Shown here in pieces: positions 29,231-39,506 of a stretch of 64,000 nucleotides of DNA. The notes under the pieces are model-generated. The model was given only the letters and a program-made list of their open reading frames with translations, was not told the origin of the DNA and did no database searches. Origin of the DNA: Roseibacillus sp. (lineage in GTDB: Bacteria > Verrucomicrobiota > Verrucomicrobiia > Verrucomicrobiales > Akkermansiaceae); assembly GCA_965242925.1 (NCBI GenBank), contig CBDEUM010000034.1, positions 224,001-288,000 of the forward strand, given 5' to 3'. The position numbers and the translations under genes were made by a program. The first letter of the stretch is position 1, and each line of letters opens with the position of its first letter.

Positions 29231-31573
29231 TCATCGACTGTCTTTCATGATGACTACGTCTTTCCTGCGCGACTCGGGCGTGACATCCAGGTTCAGCAGC
29301 TTGCCATTGCTCACGCGGCCTTCGACCGTTGTTTCTCGCGGGGCGTGGAGCTTGAAATCGGCATTCCAGTCCTTGGGCCAGGCCGGCAGAAGAAGGATGG
29401 AGTCGTCGAACGTTTGCAGGAGCATTTCCTGCAAAGCCACCATGCCGCTGCCGCCCCAGTTGTGGTCCGGCTGCCAATCATGACCCACGGGAAAGAACGC
29501 CGGGAATCGCTTGTTGCCGTTGCCCAGCTTGGCTTGAGTTTGGCCCTTCGCATGGTTCGTGATTCCCAGACGCGCGGCTTGGATCGGCATCTGCGACCAG
29601 GAGATAAAGTGTCCTTTGGCGCCTCCGGGGAGAAAGTCCCAGGTGTTCTGCATGATCTCCAGCTTGGGCTTGCCCAGGCCGAACAGATCATAGGGAAACA
29701 GCGGGTAGAGTTCCGATGAGAGCGGGTGGCCATGTCCCCGGTTTTTGGCAACCAACATGAACGGCTTTCCGTTTTTCTCGCCAACCGGAAGCTCGGGCAC
29801 GCGCGCCAGCATCGCCTGGAATCGCTTGCGTTCCTCGGCGGTGACCAACGGCTTGGGCAACGTGCACAACTCCTGAAGCACCCGCATCAGGCCCGCCACC
29901 GCTTCGGCCGGGTTCGTGATGCCCGGAGACCCTTCCAGGGCATTGGACGGGCTGATGACCAGTTTTCCGCCGGGAGAGAGAGGCGGCTCGTTCCGGCGCG
30001 TCCTCCGGTATTGATAGTGCTCGTCGTAGAATACGACGGACTCCTTGATCAGGGGCAGGTAGGGCTCGATGTCCAATCCCGAGAAGTGATGGTACTGCAA
30101 GATCATCCAGGCGAATTCGAGCTGGCTCTGATAGATATAATTGAACGCGCTATTCACCTGCACTCCGGGTTCCAGCTCCTTGGGACGGCTCCGTCCGCTG
30201 CCGTCGCGAAAACCATACATGGCCGGACCGGGCAACATCAGGGGGCCCGGCGCTTCGGTGAAGCAACACCCGGCGTGTCCCCAATGCAGCCGCACCCGCG
30301 CCCGGGCACTGGGCAGCGCCTGGCGATAGCCCTCGAAGGCCGGTAGCATCATGTCGTAGTCGCCGGATTTTAGCATCGGCCAGTAGACCAGCCGCTGGTT
30401 CTGGGCATGGTAGCTGGCCCCCCATTGCCGGTAGTCCGGGGTGTACTTTCGGCCGTCGACGAAGACCGGATCAAAGGTGAAGACGCCGCCGTTGAACATG
30501 GTCGGTTCGCGGCCGTGCACGTTGCTGGCCAGCATGTAGCGAAACAGGTTGTAGTTGCGGGCCACCCTCCACCCGGCATCTTTTTCGTTCGCCTCGGGGT
30601 TCACCACAATGAAGCTCCTCTTCCAGAACTGCCGCCACCAGGCCAGGTTGCTTTTCCAGGTTTCGGCACTCCGTTGGTCGCGCACGAGCTTCTGCAGACC
30701 TTGCTTCCACGCATCCAGCGTCTTGCTCTGGTCGGTGTGCAGGACCACCCTGAGATGCTGCTTGCGCGCCGCCTTGTCGGACTTGATGCTCCATCCCTTG
30801 AAATCGGTCGATCCGTACTTTCCGGAGGATTGACCCGCCGAGGAGAAGCCATCCCCCGTCAGCAGCCCTCCCCAGGTCAGGTTCTCCAGTGGATTCCAAA
30901 GCTCGCCCTCGACAGCCTCGAGCTTCTGCTGCTTCACCGTGTAGTCGAACAAGAAGGATTTGTTTGGAATCCGGTGATAGAACAGAACCGAGTTTTGGAC
31001 CGCTTCGACCGTATCCTTGCGTAAGGTGATTTTTTCCGAATACGAGTCGAAGGTGATCATGCACATGCTTCGGGCGCCCATCTTCCCGCCGACGTTCGGC
31101 AGCTCCCGGTCCTTCGTTCGCCAGCTTTCATAGGTCGCGGTGATGGACACCGGCTTCTCCGTGGACGCCTCCACGTGAACGATCGGCCGCTGCACTTCCA
31201 CCCAGACCTTGACTGTCCCCTTGGTCTCGCCTTCGCCGGAGAGTTCCACGTAGCCCTCGTCGAGTTTCAGTTCCTGTTTGAAGCCCGCTGTAAATGGGTT
31301 GGGACTGATGTTGATTCGCACGCGGCCCAGTTTCAGCAGGGCTCCATTTTCATCCCGGCAACCGGCCCGGCCGAGGTAGAACATCAACTCGTTATTCTCG
31401 ACCCATACATTCAGACCGATATCCCCGCCCGACACCGGCATCGAATCGCCCGCGTTCGAACTCTGGCTGTTCCACACCACGTTGTAAGCATCCAGCCACG
31501 CCAGTTCGTCCGCCGGAACAGTCCCGATCCCGCTGGCCGCGAGCATCCCGGTCATCATCACACGCTTTATCAT
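29231..31573 (-). CDS. Secreted DUF5703 / GH95-like glycoside hydrolase (candidate fucosidase-type)
   Basis: SMPVSGGDIGLNVW, NGALLKLGRVR, QNQRLVYWP, ELYPLFP, LQEMLLQ, LLPAWPKDW. Confidence 0.75.
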   Translation of the reverse strand: MIKRVMMTGMLAASGIGTVPADELAWLDAYNVVWNSQSSNAGDSMPVSGGDIGLNVWVENNELMFYLGRAGCRDENGALLKLGRVRINISPNPFTAGFKQELKLDEGYVELSGEGETKGTVKVWVEVQRPIVHVEASTEKPVSITATYESWRTKDRELPNVGGKMGARSMCMITFDSYSEKITLRKDTVEAVQNSVLFYHRIPNKSFLFDYTVKQQKLEAVEGELWNPLENLTWGGLLTGDGFSSAGQSSGKYGSTDFKGWSIKSDKAARKQHLRVVLHTDQSKTLDAWKQGLQKLVRDQRSAETWKSNLAWWRQFWKRSFIVVNPEANEKDAGWRVARNYNLFRYMLASNVHGREPTMFNGGVFTFDPVFVDGRKYTPDYRQWGASYHAQNQRLVYWPMLKSGDYDMMLPAFEGYRQALPSARARVRLHWGHAGCCFTEAPGPLMLPGPAMYGFRDGSGRSRPKELEPGVQVNSAFNYIYQSQLEFAWMILQYHHFSGLDIEPYLPLIKESVVFYDEHYQYRRTRRNEPPLSPGGKLVISPSNALEGSPGITNPAEAVAGLMRVLQELCTLPKPLVTAEERKRFQAMLARVPELPVGEKNGKPFMLVAKNRGHGHPLSSELYPLFPYDLFGLGKPKLEIMQNTWDFLPGGAKGHFISWSQMPIQAARLGITNHAKGQTQAKLGNGNKRFPAFFPVGHDWQPDHNWGGSGMVALQEMLLQTFDDSILLLPAWPKDWNADFKLHAPRETTVEGRVSNGKLLNLDVTPESRRKDVVIMKDSR

Positions 31574-32005
31574 GATCCTTGTTTCTCAGCCCTTGCCCAT
31601 GGGAAATCCAGCCTTTTTGGGACTCTCATCCCTCCATCCTCCATCCTTCGGGGGCAGGGTCATTGACTCTGGAACGAATACGGCCTGGCGTTCCGCAGGG
31701 TGAACCGCAGACGCACGGTCCGGCCCTTCAGGAAATGACAGGTCCCGGTGGTCGCCGACTCCGGCTCCTGGGCTTGCCTTTCGAAGTTCGAGGGTGAGGG
31801 CGTTGGCGCGTCGACCCTTCTTCGCCGAGGCTACGAAGCCATGGGTCTCTAAAAGATTGCAACACAATTTGCGATGCGAGAGCCACGAGGACTACCTCGT
31901 GTCTTTGTCGAGGGCAAAATGTCAATTCGTTTTGACTGACCCCTTTTTCTGCTCCCGCGCTGCGGACCGGGGTTCCTGAGAAAGGAAACTTGGCCAGGTT
32001 CCGCG

Positions 32006-33355
32006 CTATGCTGGGGGCGCCGGCCAGTCGTTGTGGTAGTCCTTATTGATGAACTTGTTGGCCTCCTTGTTGTTGGTGCACTTGAGGTTCTTCCCGTCCA
32101 CCTGCAGTTCGCCCTCACAGCGCAACGCCAAGTTGCCGAGCAGCACGGTCTCGGTGAACGGCGCGGCGTAACCGAAGTTCGAACCAGGGAAGTCGATCGG
32201 CTTCTCCCCCATGGCGGCGAGCACGAACTCCTTGTAGTGGCCGACCGAGCGCTCCAGGGTCCTCTCCGGCTTGCCATGCTCCTTCATGGCCTTTTCCGGG
32301 ATGAGGCGCGGGCTATTGCCGTAGTCGCCGGCGGACAGGAGCGAGCACTTCTCACCGACGAAGAGGCAGCCCGCCCCGGGCAGGTTGAGACCTTCCTCCA
32401 GATGTGCCGGATGCTCGGGCTTGAGCCCCCCGTCGTACCAATAGAAGTCGAAAGCCGGGCGGCCGCCGTCGGCCGGGAACTTCATTTTCACGATCGATTG
32501 CTTTGGGAAGTTTCCGTCGATCATCTCGGACTTCTTGATGCACTCGACGCTGGTCGGGGACCCCGGGTTCATTGCCCAGTAGAAGGCGTCCATCGTGTGG
32601 CAGCCCATGTCGCCGAGCGCGCCGGCACCGAAGTGCCAGAACCCACGCCATTTGAACGGGTAGATGCCTTTTTTGTACAGCTGCGTGTCGGGCGCGCTGC
32701 CGAGGTAGGACTTCCAGTCGAGCTCAGGTGGGGCCTTGTCCGCCTCCTTGGGGTTGGCGACCGGCTGCGGCCAGACCGGGCGGTTCGTCCAACAGTGCAC
32801 CTCGCTGATCTTGCCCAGCGTGCCCTGCTGAACCCACTCGACTATCAGGCGGTTGCCCTCGTTGGCGTGCCCGTTATTGCCCATCTGGGTGGCGAGCTTG
32901 TACTTGTCGCGGGCGATGCCGAGCTGGCGCGCCTCCCACACGGTGTGGGTGAGCGGCTTCTCGAGGTAGACGTGCTTCCCCAGCTTCATCGCGTGGATCG
33001 CCGCCGGGTAGTGGTGGTGGTCCGGGGTGGCAATCGACACCGCGTCGTAGTTGTTCTTCTCCTTATCGAGCATCTCGAAGTAGTTCGTGTATCCCTTCGC
33101 CTTGGGCCACTTCTTCTTCGCCTCACCCCAGCGGCCGGTGTCGGCGTCGCAGTAGCAGTTGCAGATGCAGCCCTCGCCTGCCGCCATGTTGATATGGGCG
33201 CCACCGCGCCCGCCGGTGCCAATGTGCGCGATGCGCAGCTTGTCGCCGTGGTGATCGGCGGTCAGGATGTAGGGAGCCCCGACGACGCCCGCGCCGGTGG
33301 CGCCCGCGGTCTTCAAGAAGTTTCTCCTCGATAGTGAGTTCGTTGGTTTACTCAT
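32006..33355 (-). CDS. Tat-exported Gfo/Idh/MocA-family oxidoreductase
   Basis: SRRNFLK, IGTGGRG, ATPDHHH, EKPLTH, TQMGN, GALGDMGCH. Confidence 0.93.
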   Translation of the reverse strand: MSKPTNSLSRRNFLKTAGATGAGVVGAPYILTADHHGDKLRIAHIGTGGRGGAHINMAAGEGCICNCYCDADTGRWGEAKKKWPKAKGYTNYFEMLDKEKNNYDAVSIATPDHHHYPAAIHAMKLGKHVYLEKPLTHTVWEARQLGIARDKYKLATQMGNNGHANEGNRLIVEWVQQGTLGKISEVHCWTNRPVWPQPVANPKEADKAPPELDWKSYLGSAPDTQLYKKGIYPFKWRGFWHFGAGALGDMGCHTMDAFYWAMNPGSPTSVECIKKSEMIDGNFPKQSIVKMKFPADGGRPAFDFYWYDGGLKPEHPAHLEEGLNLPGAGCLFVGEKCSLLSAGDYGNSPRLIPEKAMKEHGKPERTLERSVGHYKEFVLAAMGEKPIDFPGSNFGYAAPFTETVLLGNLALRCEGELQVDGKNLKCTNNKEANKFINKDYHNDWPAPPA

Positions 33356-33418
33356 GATTGTTAGAGTTCACGGGTTGTTTGGTTGGTCGGAGTTGGCGGC
33401 ACAGAGACTAGCCGCCCT

Positions 33419-34210
33419 TCACTTCATCTCCCGCACCCAGACATTCCGGAAGCGGACATCCTGGCCGTGCTCCTGGAGCTTGAGGCCCCCAAGCGCCGGG
33501 CTGACCTTGATTCCGCCGTTGGCATGCTTGATCTGGATATTGTCATGAACCTTGACGCCGTTCCACCACACCGTGGCCCGCGCTGGTTCTGCCATCTTGT
33601 CACCGTCCCAGCGGGCAGCCTTGGAGATGAAGTGAAAGGAGTGCCATTGGCCGTTGGGCCGCCAGGCATTGGTGTCTGGAACGCGCTCCATGCAGAAGGC
33701 CGCAATGCCGTGGGGTCCGATCTTCCAGTTGTAGGGATCCTTCGTGTCCTTCCCCTTGGGCGATTCAATCTGGATCTCATACCGGTTATGAAGGTAAACG
33801 CCGCTGTTGGAGTAACCCTCGAGCGAATCGTCACCACGTTTGCCGCACAGGACAAAGTCCACGTGGCCTTCGAAGTCCTTGTATTTCTTCTTGGTCACCA
33901 GGTCATGCGTTCCCCAACTCTTACCACCGTTGGTCATCAGCGCCTTCGCGTCATCCGTAGGGCTCTTCACCAGTGACCACGTAACCTTCATATCTTTTTC
34001 CGGCCACATTTCCCAGTTCGCATCGATCGACTTCTGGCTCCCGTCAAAGAGGATGTCCGCTCCTTCCGGGGCCTTCGCGCCAGCATCCTTCGTCTTGTCA
34101 TAACCGGGCTTATCCTCTGGCTTTGCTACTTTCTCTTCGGCTCCTGCCGGATTCATGAGGGCAAGGAGAGAGAGGATGGCGATTTGTTTGGCAGCGTTCA
34201 TGGATTTCAC
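33419..34210 (-). CDS. Secreted DUF1080 (3-keto-disaccharide hydrolase-like) protein
   Basis: LFDG, NSGVY...YEIQI, LQEHGQDVRFRNVWV; start may be ATG 34201. Confidence 0.88.
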   Translation of the reverse strand: MKSMNAAKQIAILSLLALMNPAGAEEKVAKPEDKPGYDKTKDAGAKAPEGADILFDGSQKSIDANWEMWPEKDMKVTWSLVKSPTDDAKALMTNGGKSWGTHDLVTKKKYKDFEGHVDFVLCGKRGDDSLEGYSNSGVYLHNRYEIQIESPKGKDTKDPYNWKIGPHGIAAFCMERVPDTNAWRPNGQWHSFHFISKAARWDGDKMAEPARATVWWNGVKVHDNIQIKHANGGIKVSPALGGLKLQEHGQDVRFRNVWVREMK

Positions 34211-34344
34211 TTGGGATTGTTATGAATAGTTGATTCGGACAAGACAGGCCACATGGAACGACCTCACAAATCTGTAGGATCGGAATGGCCCATAACGTTA
34301 TCAGGCTAGGGAATCCATGCAGTGCAGCAAGGAAACCTTTTACC

Positions 34345-35610
34345 TTACCATTCCAGGGATGAGGAACTGGTGCCGAAGGTGTCCGTTTCCATGCCCATTT
34401 CCTGGAGCATCCGAACGAACAGGTTGCAAAGAGGGGTGTTATCGTCCCTTCTGTGCGCCTCGTAGCCGCCGTGATTCAGCCCCCCACCCGCGAGGATAAT
34501 GGGATTGTTGTGGGGGTCGTGGGCCGCCGCGTTTCCGAGATTACTCCCGAGAATCGTCAGGGTATTATCAAGAAGGGTCGCGCCTCCCTCACGGTGCGCT
34601 TTCATGCGGCCCATGAGGCCATTGAAACATCCGAGAATGGCGCGCTCGATCTTCATGAGCTGCTCAATCTTCCGGGGATCGCGGCCGTGGTGCGAAAGAT
34701 TATGGTGTTCGGAGGCGACCCCGTTCACGAGTGGAATCCCATGATTGTTCTGGATGACGATGCTGATGACCCGGGAGGAGTCGGTTTGAACGATGAGCGG
34801 CACGAGCTGGAACAGCAACTCGATACGGCCGACGAGGTCGGCCTTGTCGGTGATGTCCTCGGGGACCGCGGCCTTGACCCTTGGTTTGGGCCGGTCAATC
34901 CAGGCCCCCGCTTCGGACAAATCTCTCTCGACCTCGCGAACCACTTCGAAGTACGCATCGAGTCGGTCCCGGTCGCCGGTCGAGGCCTCGCGGAGCAAGC
35001 GGCTCCGCTGATCACCGAGCGAATCGAGGATGCTGCGACCGTCCCTCAGCTTCTTCTTCTCCCGGGCCACCTCATGTGGCTTGCCCTGCAGGAAGAGCCT
35101 GGTGAATACTTCTGAAGGCCGGTCCATTGCCGGGATCATGACGCCGGTCTCGGTGTAGGACTGGCTCATTACCCCGTCACTGCTCAGTGCCAGCGAGGGA
35201 AAGCGGGTTGTATAACCGAGTTGTCCCGCCGCAAACTGGTCGACTGAGATGGAGTTTCGGAATCCATCGCGCCCAGGATTACGCGCCGCGCTCAGCCAGG
35301 TCATCTCGCACTGGTGCTCACCGCCCTGATCGGGGTGGGACAAGCCGGAGAAGATCGTGAGTTCATCACGATGCTCTTTCAACAGGGCGAGATAATCAGA
35401 GGCCTCGTAGTGCGGACCCGGTTTCACGGGATAAAAGGCAGGCGAATAAAAGCCCAGCGTATTGCAGATAAAGAGCGACCGCTTGGGGGGCGACTCGGCG
35501 GCTTTTCCGAAGGCTTCCAACCAGGGGAAGGCCAAGGAGATACCCGAGGCTTTGAGAAAGGTGCGGCGGTTCAGGGCGGACGAGTGCATTGTTGAATTCC
35601 GGTTGCTCAC
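34345..35610 (-). CDS. DUF1552 (HXXSHH) protein, Tat signal, copy 1
   Basis: NRRTFLK, SISVDQ, TRFPSL, SILD, LDAYF..VRE.E, HHNLSHH, P.ILAGG, PLCNL. Confidence 0.9.
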   Translation of the reverse strand: MSNRNSTMHSSALNRRTFLKASGISLAFPWLEAFGKAAESPPKRSLFICNTLGFYSPAFYPVKPGPHYEASDYLALLKEHRDELTIFSGLSHPDQGGEHQCEMTWLSAARNPGRDGFRNSISVDQFAAGQLGYTTRFPSLALSSDGVMSQSYTETGVMIPAMDRPSEVFTRLFLQGKPHEVAREKKKLRDGRSILDSLGDQRSRLLREASTGDRDRLDAYFEVVREVERDLSEAGAWIDRPKPRVKAAVPEDITDKADLVGRIELLFQLVPLIVQTDSSRVISIVIQNNHGIPLVNGVASEHHNLSHHGRDPRKIEQLMKIERAILGCFNGLMGRMKAHREGGATLLDNTLTILGSNLGNAAAHDPHNNPIILAGGGLNHGGYEAHRRDDNTPLCNLFVRMLQEMGMETDTFGTSSSSLEW

Positions 35611-38600
35611 TTGTTGCGAAACATCTCGCTCTGCACCACGGCGTGGATCATTCCGCGCAGACCGTAGCCATTCCCTCGGGCTTTTTCGAGGATTCGATCT
35701 CGTTCATTCCGGTCGGCGAACTGGATCTCGGCCCCGGTGGAATAGGCGATCAGTTGATTGAGAAAATGCCGGGCAACCTGGTCCTCATTCTTCATGAGGA
35801 GGCGTTTGAAGTCCCGGATACCAGCGAACTTTTCTCCCCTCGCTGTCGTTCCAGAAGCGTCGACATGAGGCCCCAACCGATATTCGCGGACGGGACGCCC
35901 GAAGAGTTTCGTCGAAGGCCGGTCGCCCTTCCCCGTCGACCGGTAACGGGTCCGGAATCCCCCGATGGGATTGAAACTCTCCAACGCAAAACCGGGTGGA
36001 TCAATTTCCCGGTGGCAGCGGTTGCAGCTATCGACCCGGCGATGGGCGGCCAGTTCCTCGCGTATTGTGGTCGTGCCCCGCGTATCGGGTTCGACCGCAC
36101 CAGCGCCCGGAGGAGGCGGACTGGGCGGCGTTCCCAGCAGGTTTGCGAGGACGAAACTCCCACGCGGCACGGGCGAGGTATTCGTGCCGTTGGCGGTGAC
36201 TTTTAAAAGACTTGCCTGGGTGAGCAGACCGCCGCGCGGGCTCTCCGCGGGTAGATTCACTTTCCGGAACTCGAGCCCCTCGATGCCGGGAATGCCGTAA
36301 TGCTCCGCGAGGCGGCGATTCAGGAAGGTGAAATCCGAATCGATGAATTCCCGCACTCCGCGGTCGTCCCAGATCAACTCGGAGAAAAAGCGGCGCGTTT
36401 CCTCCAGCATGGCCTGCCTCAGGACGTCGTCATACTCGGGATACAATTTCTCATCGGGCGTCGTGGCGTCGATGTCCTCGAGTTCGAGCCATTGATCGAG
36501 AAAATCCTTCACGAAGCGCTGTGACTTCTCGTCGTCGAGCATGCGGTCGACTTCCGAGGCAAGAACGGCGCTCTCGGACAGCTTGCCTTCGGCAGCGAGG
36601 AGGAAGAGTTGGTCGTCAGGGAGGCTCTTCCAGAGAAAACAGGAAAGGCGTGTCGCCAGCGCGTAATCGTCCAGCGGACCGGGCTCCGCCTGATGATAGA
36701 GAAACCCCGGCGAGCTGAACATGGCGCGCAGGACGACTCGAAGCGCCTCATCGAATCTTCGCCCCTCCGCGAGGACCGGTTTCGCAAGAGCAGCCCAGAG
36801 CGCAGGTTCGTCATTCCCGAGAGGGCGCCGCAAAACGCGCGGACCGATCCGGCTCACCACATCTTTGATCCGGGCCATGGGTTTTTCCCGGAGAACGATC
36901 GTGTGCTTGCCGTTCTGGCCGGCCCGGTAATCGACGTCGCCGAGGAGATCGCGAGTTCGTTCGGGCGGCCATTGTTTTTCGAGGGGGCCCTCCAGCGTCA
37001 GACGGCGAATCGCGACTCCTTCGCCGGGATATTTCTTTGCGCCGTAGCTGAAGACGTTCCTTCCTTGCGGGGTCGCGTCGAGATCCGACGGGGCGAGAAA
37101 GAAGAAATCGCCGGGCCTGAAATGGTGTTCGATTTCGACCTGCCGCGGCTTTCCTGGATCGAGTTGCCAGCTGCCGATCAGTTCCCTTTTCCCGGCGCGA
37201 TCGTTCGCCCGGTAGAGGCAGAAGGTCACCGGGGTTTTCGCCTGATAGGCGTACGCTTCCGCCACGATGCGATAGCGGCCCGGGACGGGAAACCGGATGC
37301 CCATGTTGTTCGATTGGTTCGTGTGCGGGCTTCGTTGCGGGCGGTTGTCAAAAAGCACAAAGGCGTCGTCCGCTCGCATCACGGTGTTGCCACCCCGTCG
37401 AAGCTCCCTTTCGAACCACATCTGCACGTATGAATTGTTCCGATAGTCAATCAGCCGGGGTTCCATGCGGGGTTTCCTGCCCAGTTCGATCGCCTCATCG
37501 ATCGCCGCATCCGCTGCCGCGAGGTAGCTGCGGATGTGCACCGGGGAAATGCCTTGATCCAAGGCGATCGTGTCGAAGGTGGAGGAAGTGTTTTCCGGAG
37601 GCAACTTCGAGGCGAGATCACCGCCGATGCCGAGCAGGTCGTGCAGGGTATATTCGTATTCGATCCGCGTCAGGCGCCGCGCGGGGGTGCGACCGTCCGT
37701 CTTCTGCTGTGCCAGGCTCGCTTCGCGAAGATGTCGACGGAGCGAAGCCAACGCCGTTTTTCTGTGATTCGGATCAGGCCGCGCTTTCTTCTTCGGCGGC
37801 ATCTCCCCGGATTCGATCATGTCGAAAACGTTCTCCCACATCCGAAACGCATCCGCATTGGCAAGGTCGAAACCCAGATCCTCGAAATTCAACGCGGTCT
37901 TCGTGTCGGAGTCATGACAGTCGATGCAGGACGCCTCGACGAGCGGCTCAAGGGATTGCCGAGGCAGTTTCGCGCCGCTCTTCTCGACCGGTCCCCAATG
38001 GGGCGCGTCTTCGAGCACATCGCGGTAAAGCTCCAGCAGCTTCTCTTTGAGCCGCGCCGTGACCTTCGGCCGCTGCTTCGAAATGTCCCTCATCTGCAAC
38101 GGGTCGGACTCCAGGTCATAGAGCGCGAAGCGGCTGAACCCTCCCTTCTTGATCGTTGGAATCCAAGCTTCCTGGAATGACTGCAGCGGCACTCGTTCGC
38201 CATGGAGTCGGTTGAATTCAGGGCTTGAGAATGTTGTGTTGCTCACCGCTTGGAGGAGATTGGGGGCTGTGGGATCAATGCCAGCCAGTTCAGCCTGCCG
38301 CCGCAAAACCTTGTTGAGCTTGGCACGGTCAAATGGCAGTTGATAACCACGGTATCCCATCAACGTGTAGGATCCTTCGCGCAGGGTGGCCAGATGACCC
38401 GATGACGGTGAAAGCCAGAGCATGGGTTGCGGGCGTTTAAACGTCCCTTTCTCAGTCAGCAGCGACGACAGATCAGCGCCATCCAGATGCACGCCTTTGG
38501 GTTTATCAATGCCGGCCAGGCCACAGATGGTCGGCAACAGATCGACAGAGCCGGAAGGCGTGCTTTCAATCCGGCCACCGCGAATGCCCTCAGGCCAGAA

Positions 38601-39506
38601 AAAGATGCCAGGCGAACGCAAACCGCCTTGAAAATTCGATCCCTTGTTGCCTTTCAGGCCTCCATTCCGATCCGTCCGGTAACTGCCATGGTCGGAGGAG
38701 CAGATGATCAAGGTGTTGTCCAGCTTTCCTCTTTCCTTGAGCTTCGCGACGAGGCGACCAATGGCGCGATCGGTATTGTCGACCGTGGCCGAATAAATTG
38801 CAGCTTCATCCTTGAGGTCTCCGTAGAGCGACGTGATCTCATCCGGCGCTGCCAGTTTGGAGTGCGGCTCGTTGAACCAGATGTTCATAAAGAACGGCTG
38901 CTCGGGATTTGCCTTCGTTTCCAACCAGTTGACGGCATCACTGACGACGATCTGACAGGAATAACCTTTCATCGGTCCAACCGGTTTGCCGTTTCGCAAA
39001 AAGTTTGTGGGGTTTCTGTGGTTAGGATGGGCGCCATTGCGCAAGCCAAACCAGTAGTCAAAACCGTGCTCCTGAAGTGAGGGCTTTTCCCGTTTACCGG
39101 AAGTCATGCCGATGTGCCACTTACCAAAATGAGCCGTTGCGTATCCGGCCTTCTTGAGCACTTCCGCGATCGTCACTTCACGCTCCAGTAGATGCATGTT
39201 GTGGAGGTGATCCTGCAGGACACCGTAGATGCCCGTCCGTAGGTGCTGCCTTCCGGTAAGGAGGGTCGCCCGCGACGGCGAACAAATCGCCGCGCCGGCA
39301 TGAAAGTCAGTGAATTTCACGCCCTTCGCCGCCAATCCGTCGAGCACCGGCGTCTTCACTGGGCCCCCGTAGCAGCCAAGATCCTTTGATCCCAGATCAT
39401 CGGCCAGCAGGATCACCACGTTCGGGCGCCGCGGCTCTGCCAATGTAAGGGGCATCGACAAAACGCTGATGAACGCAGGGACGATGAGCCAGGGCAACCG
39501 CGTCAT
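35607..39506 (-). CDS. Fusion of an N-terminal sulfatase with a planctomycete cytochrome c / DUF1587-DUF1595-DUF1592-DUF1588-DUF1585 protein
   Basis: LADDLG, CSPSRATLLTG, GKWH, SSDHG; then CIDCH, MPP, RRLTR.EY, LATRLS.FLW.S.PD, RGGLL, TSPV.RG, CNRCH, IDPPGFALE. Confidence 0.88.
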   Translation of the reverse strand: MTRLPWLIVPAFISVLSMPLTLAEPRRPNVVILLADDLGSKDLGCYGGPVKTPVLDGLAAKGVKFTDFHAGAAICSPSRATLLTGRQHLRTGIYGVLQDHLHNMHLLEREVTIAEVLKKAGYATAHFGKWHIGMTSGKREKPSLQEHGFDYWFGLRNGAHPNHRNPTNFLRNGKPVGPMKGYSCQIVVSDAVNWLETKANPEQPFFMNIWFNEPHSKLAAPDEITSLYGDLKDEAAIYSATVDNTDRAIGRLVAKLKERGKLDNTLIICSSDHGSYRTDRNGGLKGNKGSNFQGGLRSPGIFFWPEGIRGGRIESTPSGSVDLLPTICGLAGIDKPKGVHLDGADLSSLLTEKGTFKRPQPMLWLSPSSGHLATLREGSYTLMGYRGYQLPFDRAKLNKVLRRQAELAGIDPTAPNLLQAVSNTTFSSPEFNRLHGERVPLQSFQEAWIPTIKKGGFSRFALYDLESDPLQMRDISKQRPKVTARLKEKLLELYRDVLEDAPHWGPVEKSGAKLPRQSLEPLVEASCIDCHDSDTKTALNFEDLGFDLANADAFRMWENVFDMIESGEMPPKKKARPDPNHRKTALASLRRHLREASLAQQKTDGRTPARRLTRIEYEYTLHDLLGIGGDLASKLPPENTSSTFDTIALDQGISPVHIRSYLAAADAAIDEAIELGRKPRMEPRLIDYRNNSYVQMWFERELRRGGNTVMRADDAFVLFDNRPQRSPHTNQSNNMGIRFPVPGRYRIVAEAYAYQAKTPVTFCLYRANDRAGKRELIGSWQLDPGKPRQVEIEHHFRPGDFFFLAPSDLDATPQGRNVFSYGAKKYPGEGVAIRRLTLEGPLEKQWPPERTRDLLGDVDYRAGQNGKHTIVLREKPMARIKDVVSRIGPRVLRRPLGNDEPALWAALAKPVLAEGRRFDEALRVVLRAMFSSPGFLYHQAEPGPLDDYALATRLSCFLWKSLPDDQLFLLAAEGKLSESAVLASEVDRMLDDEKSQRFVKDFLDQWLELEDIDATTPDEKLYPEYDDVLRQAMLEETRRFFSELIWDDRGVREFIDSDFTFLNRRLAEHYGIPGIEGLEFRKVNLPAESPRGGLLTQASLLKVTANGTNTSPVPRGSFVLANLLGTPPSPPPPGAGAVEPDTRGTTTIREELAAHRRVDSCNRCHREIDPPGFALESFNPIGGFRTRYRSTGKGDRPSTKLFGRPVREYRLGPHVDASGTTARGEKFAGIRDFKRLLMKNEDQVARHFLNQLIAYSTGAEIQFADRNERDRILEKARGNGYGLRGMIHAVVQSEMFRNK

